From an uncultured Candidatus Saccharibacteria bacterium (lineage in GTDB: Bacteria; Patescibacteriota; UBA1384; XYA2-FULL-43-10; 1-14-0-10-43-13): a stretch of DNA of 32,000 nucleotides. Below, in pieces: positions 26,099 through 32,000 of this stretch; the first letter of the stretch is position 1; each line of letters starts with the position of its first letter. The notes below the pieces were generated by a model. That model was not told where the DNA came from and searched no databases. It saw only the letters and a program-made list of their open reading frames with translations. A program made the position numbers and the translations under genes. The stretch covers positions 360,001-392,000 of the forward strand of contig CAZIYE010000001.1 in assembly GCA_964543385.1 (NCBI GenBank), given 5' to 3'.

Positions 26099-26431
26099 AT
26101 GTCGAAGAAAAAGAACAAAAAGTTTAAGAAATCATCTACAGCCAGTCAGCCAAGCATATCGATGCCAAGAGAAAGCACTCCCGAAAAACAACCTTCCACT
26201 TTGCAAGCGCATACCCAGATCTCCAATACTACCCTAAAAAACAATGATCCTTATGCAATTAGCATATTAAATGAGAAATATTTGCACGTCCGCAAAGATG
26301 TTAATAAACTTCTGATTGTTCTATTGATATTGGCTATCGTTCTGATGGGAATCTACTTTATTGGTTTAAAAACAAATATTCTCACAGTTGTTGGTGATTG
26401 GCTCTACAAGATCGGCAACTTCGCAATCTAG
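26099..26431 (+). CDS. hypothetical tail-anchored membrane protein with a Lys-rich N-terminus
   Basis: 110-aa ORF with an AAGGAG SD at 26089-26094. It starts MSKKKNKKFKK, has a Ser/Thr/Pro/Gln-rich linker and one C-terminal TM. Confidence 0.55.
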   Translation: MSKKKNKKFKKSSTASQPSISMPRESTPEKQPSTLQAHTQISNTTLKNNDPYAISILNEKYLHVRKDVNKLLIVLLILAIVLMGIYFIGLKTNILTVVGDWLYKIGNFAI

Positions 26432-26437
26432 ACCCTA

Positions 26438-27976
26438 TTAATAAGTTTTTTCCTTTGGCCTATATTGCAATGCCTCTGCAATATGGCTAGTTTTAATCGT
26501 ATCCGCACCCTCTAGGTCAGCTATAGTTCGAGCTAATTTTAACAGCCTGTGATAAACTCTGGCCGATAATTTCATCGATTCAACTGCTTGAGCGATTAAT
26601 TTTTTAGCATCTTCCTCGAGTCGACAAAATCCTTTTATTTCCTTTGAGCTCATCTCTGAATTTGATTTCATTTTAAGACAGCTGAATCTAGCAATCTGTC
26701 TTTTTCTAGCTTCTTCGACTCTTGCTTTTACTTTGTCCGATTCCTCAGCAAAACAATCCTCCGACAGCTTCTCATATTTAACTCTAGGAACTTCAATATG
26801 AATATCTATTCTGTCTAGTATGGGCCCTGATATTTTTTTCTGATAACGGATAATTTGAGTGGGCGTGCAAATACACCGTTTTTCTGGATCGGACATATAG
26901 CCACAGGGACAAGGATTCTGAGCAGCTACCAAAAGAAACTCAGCTGGAAAAGTAACACTGCCGGTCGCCCTAGATACCGTGACAATACCATCTTCCAAAG
27001 GCTGGCGAAGTGCTTCCAGAACATCCCTTTGAAACTCCGGAAATTCATCTAGAAACAGTATACCTCGATGGGAGAGTGATATCTCGCCAGGCCTAGGCCA
27101 AGACCCTCCTCCTACTATTGCAACACTCGAAGTTGTATGATGCGGAGAACGAAAAGGTCTGACCAGCGACGGCGCTTTACCGCGATTTAAAAGGCCAGCA
27201 ACCGAGTATATCTTCATAACATCAAGAATTTCTTCTTCATCCATTGATGGTAAAATTGAAGGCATACTTCTAGCCAGGAGAGTCTTGCCCGACCCTGGGG
27301 GACCTGAAAGCAGAATATTGTGACCTCCAGCTGCCGCAATTTCTAACGCTCTTTTTGCCTGTTCTTGTCCGGCGATATATTTAAAATCAAATTCGCTGTT
27401 TCTCCCCCCTTGCACTTTCCCCTCTCTACTTTCTGCCTTATAAGCCATAATAATCTCTTCGCCCCTCAAATGCCTAACCAACTGTTTAAGGGATTTAACT
27501 GGTATTATCTCTATCCCTCTTACCAGCGCCGCCTCAGCTACATTCACTTCAGGCAAGAAAATACGTTTTAGACCCTTTTCGGCTGCAAACATCGCTACCG
27601 GCAACACCCCATTTACGTGACGAAGCTTTCCATCTAGAGAAAGTTCCCCCAAAAATACTGATTCTTTATACTCGGTGATCATTTCTATCTGTTCATCTGC
27701 CAATAAAATTCCTACTGCCATCGGCAAATCAAATGAAGGTCCCTCTTTTTTGACATCAGCTGGGGCCAAATTTATAGTCAGACGATGTTGAGGAAAAAAT
27801 ATCCCCGAATTCTTAATAGCAGCTCTGGTTCTCTCCTTGCTTTCATCAATTGATTTATCGGGCAATCCGACTATGGTAAAAGATGGCAACCCTGCCCCTA
27901 TATCTACTTCTACCTCAACCAAATAAGAGTCCAGCCCCACAGTGGCAGCACTAAAAATTTTGGCGATTTTGTCCAA
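26438..27976 (-). CDS. yifB: YifB/ComM family Mg-chelatase-like AAA+ ATPase
   Basis: 512 aa with a Lon-like N-domain, Walker A GPPGSGKT, Walker B ILFLDEF, a Cys cluster (CPCGY...CIC) and a C-terminal helical domain. Confidence 0.88.
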   Translation of the reverse strand: MDKIAKIFSAATVGLDSYLVEVEVDIGAGLPSFTIVGLPDKSIDESKERTRAAIKNSGIFFPQHRLTINLAPADVKKEGPSFDLPMAVGILLADEQIEMITEYKESVFLGELSLDGKLRHVNGVLPVAMFAAEKGLKRIFLPEVNVAEAALVRGIEIIPVKSLKQLVRHLRGEEIIMAYKAESREGKVQGGRNSEFDFKYIAGQEQAKRALEIAAAGGHNILLSGPPGSGKTLLARSMPSILPSMDEEEILDVMKIYSVAGLLNRGKAPSLVRPFRSPHHTTSSVAIVGGGSWPRPGEISLSHRGILFLDEFPEFQRDVLEALRQPLEDGIVTVSRATGSVTFPAEFLLVAAQNPCPCGYMSDPEKRCICTPTQIIRYQKKISGPILDRIDIHIEVPRVKYEKLSEDCFAEESDKVKARVEEARKRQIARFSCLKMKSNSEMSSKEIKGFCRLEEDAKKLIAQAVESMKLSARVYHRLLKLARTIADLEGADTIKTSHIAEALQYRPKEKTY

Positions 27977-27994
27977 GAAACCCCCTCCGCTTAT

Positions 27995-28399
27995 TTAGAC
28001 TTCTTTTATCCTATCCCAATCGGCATAGAACTTTTTGATCTCCAGATCAGGAAAATGATTCTCAACTATCTTTGCTGCCTGAATCAATTTATCAATATGA
28101 AATTCTTTCTCATCGTTATTGTGAAATCGCTCACTACCACCATAAGCACCACAATCAACATGGTCGATAAGCCACACTTCTTTGATTCCATGAAGCCTGA
28201 CCGAAGTTTCGACTACCTTGAAAAATGAATCCCGATCCTCCTCATTGGCGAGAATCGCTTTGCTTGATCCTACACCAGTTCTAAAATCGAATACTCCACC
28301 GGTTTGCCTAGTCAACCAGTCAACTGTTTTTTTGATAAATCTACCATCAATACACGCACAGGCCAGGACATCCCACTTCTCGATTCTTTGTATATGCAT
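27995..28399 (-). CDS. minimal beta-carbonic-anhydrase-like protein
   Basis: 134 aa with beta-CA zinc-site motifs CxDxR (CIDGR) and HxxC (HVDCG), at spacing and in a context (GGVFDFRTGVG) similar to beta-CAs. It is shorter than typical enzymes. Confidence 0.45.
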   Translation of the reverse strand: MHIQRIEKWDVLACACIDGRFIKKTVDWLTRQTGGVFDFRTGVGSSKAILANEEDRDSFFKVVETSVRLHGIKEVWLIDHVDCGAYGGSERFHNNDEKEFHIDKLIQAAKIVENHFPDLEIKKFYADWDRIKEV

Positions 28400-28414
28400 A
28401 GTTTTTTAGAATAA

Positions 28415-28430
28415 ATTATCAATTGATAAT
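28415..28430. promoter_or_regulatory. perfect 16-bp palindrome upstream of the CA-like gene (candidate operator)
   Basis: ATTATCAATTGATAAT lies 16 nt upstream of the ATG at 28399. Confidence 0.3.
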
Positions 28431-28502
28431 AATTCTACCACAAAGCCCATTTTGTTCAACAATAATATAGACTAAGCCAACATTTTTAGTAAACCAGAAA
28501 AA

Positions 28503-29009
28503 TTAATATTTGATTAGATTTCTCTGGTTTCCTGCCGAACACATCCTGTGTCGGCCGGAGATTTTCCCCAGACTCGTTGTCCGAAAGTCTGGTTTGGTTT
28601 TCTTGTCCATTGTCGTCGGATAGACCGTATATATCCAATAATAGGTTTTTCCGACTTTTCGAATTTCACTACCAGTAACTCGGCAGGCATTCGCTCCCCA
28701 GTAGTCGACAAGGAGTTGCGAATACTCCACGATCAACTGAGCTTGAGTATGATCATCGTTATCAGGGATAAGGACATCCGCTCCATACTGGAGAGCGATA
28801 ATCTTAGCCTTAGGCAAACGAATGATGCCACCGGCCAAGCGACTGACCGCCTCCTCACGAGACATAACTGCCAGGCTGACCTGACGGTCTGCTTTCTTGT
28901 GGAGGGAAACACGATGCCAGATAAACAAGCTGGCAAGCAATGTGAACCACACAAGACAGAGGATGAGAGACCATTTGAAACTCAATTTCACGGTGAGTAC
29001 CCCTTTCAA
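28503..29009 (-). CDS. hypothetical N-terminally membrane-anchored protein (GC-rich orphan)
   Basis: 168-aa ORF with a TTG start (GTG alternative 6 codons in) and a GAGGA SD. One TM (WSLILCLVWFTLLASLFIW). Composition is about 57% G+C (34/60 at 28801-28860). No motif recognised. Confidence 0.45.
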   Translation of the reverse strand: MKGVLTVKLSFKWSLILCLVWFTLLASLFIWHRVSLHKKADRQVSLAVMSREEAVSRLAGGIIRLPKAKIIALQYGADVLIPDNDDHTQAQLIVEYSQLLVDYWGANACRVTGSEIRKVGKTYYWIYTVYPTTMDKKTKPDFRTTSLGKISGRHRMCSAGNQRNLIKY

Positions 29010-29100
29010 AGTGCATTCCTCGGAGGAACGTTATTGTTTTTTACCAGAAAAATGACTGATTTTCAATCAGATCAACACAAAGTAAGACAAAAATAGAAAT

Positions 29101-29129
29101 TTGAAATTAAACAAAATATTATTTATAAT
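29101..29129 (+). promoter_or_regulatory. near-consensus sigma70 promoter driving the RNA candidate
   Basis: TTGAAA (29101-29106), a 17-nt spacer, then TATAAT (29124-29129). Confidence 0.5.
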
Positions 29130-29134
29130 CTTTA

Positions 29135-29289
29135 GCAAGCTGAGCAGTCCGCCAATAAACCATGACTAGAAAAGCACTCCTATATCTTGCGAAAGCAAGT
29201 GCGGACTGAGGTTCATTTAAATGTGGTTTTTAAGCCGATGCTTGCGTACCGTGCGGTATCCTCTTCTGGATTGCCGCACCGTTTTTGTT
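29135..29289 (+). ncRNA. candidate structured small RNA or cis-regulatory leader, unclassified
   Basis: The region is bounded by the promoter above and an intrinsic terminator. It contains P1 GCAAGC (29135-40)/GCTTGC (29240-45), P2 CAGTCCGC (29145-52)/GCGGACTG (29201-08) and a GNRA hairpin CTTGC-GAAA-GCAAG (29186-99). No long ORF is present. Confidence 0.4.
29251..29289 (+). terminator. intrinsic terminator
   Basis: GTGCGG..ATCC-tcttct-GGAT..CCGCAC stem (6+4 bp) followed by CGTTTTTGTT. Confidence 0.65.
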
Positions 29290-29352
29290 ATATGGCAAAA
29301 ATGTGAATCCGCTATTACCATATTTATATTTTACCGTCAATGATATATATAC

Positions 29353-29382
29353 TTGACGCTCCAATTTGTGTAATGTTAATTT
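29353..29382 (+). promoter_or_regulatory. candidate atp operon promoter (extended -10)
   Basis: TTGACG (29353-58), then TGtTAATTT (29374-82), about 30 nt upstream of the atpZ ATG. Confidence 0.35.
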
Positions 29383-29414
29383 ATTGTCAAGGTAATAAAG
29401 CCCTACTTATTTTT

Positions 29415-29645
29415 ATGAAAAAAACCTTACTCTTTTCCTTTTCGCTGATTGGTCAGATCGGCTTCTCAGTAGCAATCCCCTTACTAGTATTGGGACTTTT
29501 GGGTCGCTATCTGGATAAGATAGCTAGCACATCTCCCTATCTCTTTCTGCTAGGGCTAGCCTTGGCTACTGTATTTATTTATTTTTATTTAAGACAGCTA
29601 GTCAAAAAATCGATAAAAGAGTTCGATAAATTAAACAAAGAGTAG
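29415..29645 (+). CDS. atpZ: AtpZ/AtpI-like small membrane protein of the F-ATPase operon
   Basis: 76 aa from the ATG at 29415 with two TM helices and the pattern GFSVAIPLLVLGLLGRYLDK...SPYLFLLGLALA. It immediately precedes atpB. Confidence 0.65.
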   Translation: MKKTLLFSFSLIGQIGFSVAIPLLVLGLLGRYLDKIASTSPYLFLLGLALATVFIYFYLRQLVKKSIKEFDKLNKE

Positions 29646-30398
29646 ATGGAAATTTCCCTTGCCGCAGAAAAAATAGCTCACATAGGAGAAATGCCAATCA
29701 CCAATTCAATGGTGACTAGTTGGATTGGCTCAATTATTTTAATTGTTTTCGCGCTCGTAGCTACCAGAAAGATGAAAATGGTTCCAACTGGTGTACAAAA
29801 TGTTTTCGAGTTTGCTATTGAATCACTCTACAATATGGCAAACAGCGTTATCGATAATGAAAAAGCCACCAGAAAATACTTTCCCCTGGTAGCAACAATA
29901 TTTCTTTTTATCATTTGTAATAATTGGCTTGGCCTGCTTCCTGGCGTCGGCACTATAGGAATACATGAAGTGATACATGGCAAAGAAGTCCTAGTGCCGC
30001 TTTTCCGCTCAGGCAACGCTGATCTAAATATGACGCTGGCTTTGGCTATCATTACCGTACTGGCTATTCAAATTTTCGGCATTGCAGCTATTGGTGTATT
30101 CAAATACGGCAAAAAATTCATTAATTTCTCAAATCCAATTAACTTTGTTGTCGGTATTCTAGAATTAATTGGTGAAGTTTCTAGAATTATCTCTTTCTCC
30201 TTTCGTCTTTTCGGCAACGTATTCGCTGGTGAGGTTTTATTAACTGTTATCGCATTCATCGTACCTTTTATTGCCCCACTACCTTTTTACGGCCTAGAGA
30301 TTTTTGTCGGCTTCATCCAGGCTCTTGTTTTCACAATGCTTACTTTAGTATTCATCAAATCAGCTATTACTGATCATGAAGCAGAACATGCACATTAG
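29646..30398 (+). CDS. atpB: F0F1 ATP synthase subunit a
   Basis: 250-aa polytopic protein with the conserved Arg region SFSFRLFGNVFAGEVLL. Confidence 0.92.
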   Translation: MEISLAAEKIAHIGEMPITNSMVTSWIGSIILIVFALVATRKMKMVPTGVQNVFEFAIESLYNMANSVIDNEKATRKYFPLVATIFLFIICNNWLGLLPGVGTIGIHEVIHGKEVLVPLFRSGNADLNMTLALAIITVLAIQIFGIAAIGVFKYGKKFINFSNPINFVVGILELIGEVSRIISFSFRLFGNVFAGEVLLTVIAFIVPFIAPLPFYGLEIFVGFIQALVFTMLTLVFIKSAITDHEAEHAH

Positions 30399-30413
30399 AA
30401 ATTAATAATATAA

Positions 30414-30664
<251 letters not shown>

Positions 30665-30665
<1 letters not shown>

Positions 30666-30731
30666 TAGAACGTAGATTGGTAGAATGTAGACTGGTTTTA
30701 GCCTTTCTACCTTCTACTTTCCACTTTCTAC
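30665..30731 (+). promoter_or_regulatory. long imperfect intercistronic stem-loop between atpE and atpF
   Basis: The 5' arm carries GTAGA x4 and the 3' arm carries TCTAC/CTAC x3. I paired about 23 of 30 positions by hand, with loop TTTTAG. It ends 3 nt before the AAGGAG SD of atpF. Confidence 0.5.
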
Positions 30732-30745
30732 ATTAAGGAGAAACA

Positions 30746-31228
30746 ATGGAATCACTTGGAATAGATTTAAAACTTTTAATCGCACAGGCTATAAACTTTA
30801 TTATCGTCATGCTTTTACTTTGGAAATTTGCTTACACACCTATTCTAAAAATGTTAAATGATCGCAAAGACAAGATTGCCAAAGGATTGGATGATGCTTC
30901 TGCCGCAGCTAAGAGTCTTCAGAAGGCAAAAGGCGAAAGTGATAAGATCCAAGAGAAAGCTTTCTCTGATGCAAATGAAATAATAAAAAACGCCAAAGAG
31001 GCAGCAAATGCCGAGGCCCTGCTTATATTGGACAAAGCGAATAGCCAGGCAGATAGAATTATAAAATCAGCAAAAGAAGAAGCTTCTTCACTGAAAGACA
31101 AGACAATGGCTAGCGCCAAGAAGGAAATTTCCGACGTTGTTATCATGGCTTTAGACAAAATTGTAAATGATGAATTAACAAAAGAGCAAAAGGTAAAATT
31201 AACCAGCAAAGCAATTGCCGAATTATAA
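30746..31228 (+). CDS. atpF: F0F1 ATP synthase subunit b
   Basis: 160 aa with an N-terminal TM (LIAQAINFIIVMLLLWKF) followed by a long charged helix. Confidence 0.88.
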   Translation: MESLGIDLKLLIAQAINFIIVMLLLWKFAYTPILKMLNDRKDKIAKGLDDASAAAKSLQKAKGESDKIQEKAFSDANEIIKNAKEAANAEALLILDKANSQADRIIKSAKEEASSLKDKTMASAKKEISDVVIMALDKIVNDELTKEQKVKLTSKAIAEL

Positions 31229-31281
31229 TGATCATTAATTGTTTATTTGTATATTAGTCTAATTAGTAATCTGTTATTCCC

Positions 31282-31677
31282 ATGAAGATAAAGCCTCAAC
31301 AATATGCTCAAATGCTCATTGAGAGCGTCACTGAAAAGTCCGATCTAAAAAAGATTGCTGCTTCCCTGTGGCATTCCCTCCAGAAAAACAAGCAATACCG
31401 AGACCTACCAAAAATATTGGAGTTAATCGATGAGGAATTCGCTAAGAAAAATAAGCTTACTCTAGCAAAAGTTTATTCTGAGGATAGATTGAGTGAAACC
31501 GAAATCGAAAATATCCGAAAAAAACTAGAGTTAGAAAATTCCAATATTCAATATTCAATATTCAATATTCAAAAAAAGAATCTGGTTGGCGGGATCACAG
31601 TCAAAATTGAAGATAAAATCATAGACTTGAGTGTTACAGATAGAATTAACAAATTAAAACAACAATTGAACAACTAA
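31282..31677 (+). CDS. atpH: F0F1 ATP synthase subunit delta (OSCP), short form
   Basis: 131 aa. The C-terminal pattern LVGGITVKIEDKIIDLSVTDRINKLKQQL is typical of delta. Its operon position lies between b and alpha. Confidence 0.8.
   Translation: MKIKPQQYAQMLIESVTEKSDLKKIAASLWHSLQKNKQYRDLPKILELIDEEFAKKNKLTLAKVYSEDRLSETEIENIRKKLELENSNIQYSIFNIQKKNLVGGITVKIEDKIIDLSVTDRINKLKQQLNN
31543..31570 (+). repeat. perfect 7-nt tandem repeat (AATATTC x4) inside atpH
   Basis: Read directly from the sequence. It encodes NIQYSIFNIQ. Confidence 0.95.
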
Positions 31678-31695
31678 TAATATCTTTGGAATAAC

Positions 31696-32000
31696 ATGAG
31701 TACAAACATCATCGAGGAATTGAAAAAAGAAATTTTGGATTTTGATGCCAAAGCGAAAAGTGATACTTTTGGGGAAATAGCCGAGATTGGCGACGGTATT
31801 GCTAAAATTTATGGACTCAAGGAGGCAAAATCAGGAGAACTTCTCAATATCGAAACAAAAGATGGCATAGTCACCGCTATGGCCTTGAATCTTGAGGAAG
31901 CATCTATCGGTGCTATCGTCTTGGGTAATTATAAAAATATAATGGCCGGAGACAAAGTAAAGTGCACAGGTGAAATTGCTAAAGTTGATGTTTCAGAGGA
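31696..32000 (+). CDS. atpA: F0F1 ATP synthase subunit alpha (5' partial, continues beyond the window)
   Basis: ATG at 31696. The translation MSTNIIEELKKEI...GEIAEIGDGIAKIYGL...MALNLEE matches the alpha N-terminal beta-barrel. Confidence 0.85.
   Translation, partial: MSTNIIEELKKEILDFDAKAKSDTFGEIAEIGDGIAKIYGLKEAKSGELLNIETKDGIVTAMALNLEEASIGAIVLGNYKNIMAGDKVKCTGEIAKVDVSE

Noticed and set aside
28548-29096. 182-aa plus-strand ORF opposite the 168-aa orphan
   Set aside because: It has no SD, TM or motif, whereas the minus-strand frame has an SD and a clean signal-anchor. The strand choice remains uncertain, as flagged in the findings.
29162-29209. 15-codon sORF (MTRKALLYLAKASAD) inside the RNA candidate, as a leader peptide or toxin
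   Set aside because: It has no SD, no run of a regulatory amino acid and is not hydrophobic. I kept it only as a note within the RNA finding.
29135-29289. Identity of the RNA candidate as SRP RNA, 6S RNA, RNase P RNA, group II intron domain V or a known riboswitch class
   Set aside because: I could not find the diagnostic motifs. Those I looked for were the SRP GGAA/AGCA loop, the RNase P GAGGAAAGUCC, the domain V AGC triad with its bulge, and the fluoride, ZTP and c-di-GMP cores. It stays unclassified rather than assigned.

Overview
This is an AT-rich window (about 28-38% G+C by hand counts of sample lines), densely packed with housekeeping genes, mostly on the minus strand. The gene content and short protein variants suggest a reduced-genome bacterium, possibly CPR/Patescibacteria-like. 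That placement is inference only; I ran no searches, and all calls rest on motifs read from the ORF translations and on synteny. The standard genetic code fits, since TGA is used as a stop (for example mreC).

Gene order:
- A translationally coupled cell-wall and division block: pbp2, mreD, mreC, mreB, then mltG, ruvX, a 596-aa bitopic orphan and an ftsA-like gene.
- A GC-rich patch with a PRTase, pyrF and cdsA.
- A short alaS, an SLT lytic transglycosylase and corA.
- A MacB/FtsX-type ABC pair.
- A GC-rich small zinc-ribbon gene.
- An RRM RNA-binding protein, a GT4 glycosyltransferase, tRNA-Leu, a DHH (NrnA-like) phosphoesterase, a degenerate MBL-fold protein and rpsA.
- A membrane orphan, tRNA-Leu/Val/Leu, a family-5 solute-binding protein, secG, tRNA-Gly/Cys/Phe, a tail-anchored orphan, yifB/comM and a minimal beta-carbonic-anhydrase-like protein.
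- A GC-rich orphan with a divergent structured RNA candidate.
- The F-type ATP synthase operon (atpZ/I-B-E-F-H-A, with atpA truncated by the window end).

I saw no CRISPR array, rRNA, transposase, integrase or recognisable defence system.

The most unusual signals are three compositionally foreign patches of roughly 50-65% G+C: 9.1-11.9 kb, 17.5-17.96 kb and 28.5-29.3 kb. Each has its own promoter-like, SD and terminator signals.
- The first would give an isolated orotate-to-UMP two-gene module.
- The third contains a roughly 155-nt RNA candidate, bounded by a promoter and a terminator, with mutually exclusive pairings. It sits just upstream of the atp operon.

None of these is proven. Chimeric assembly is a live alternative for the GC patches.
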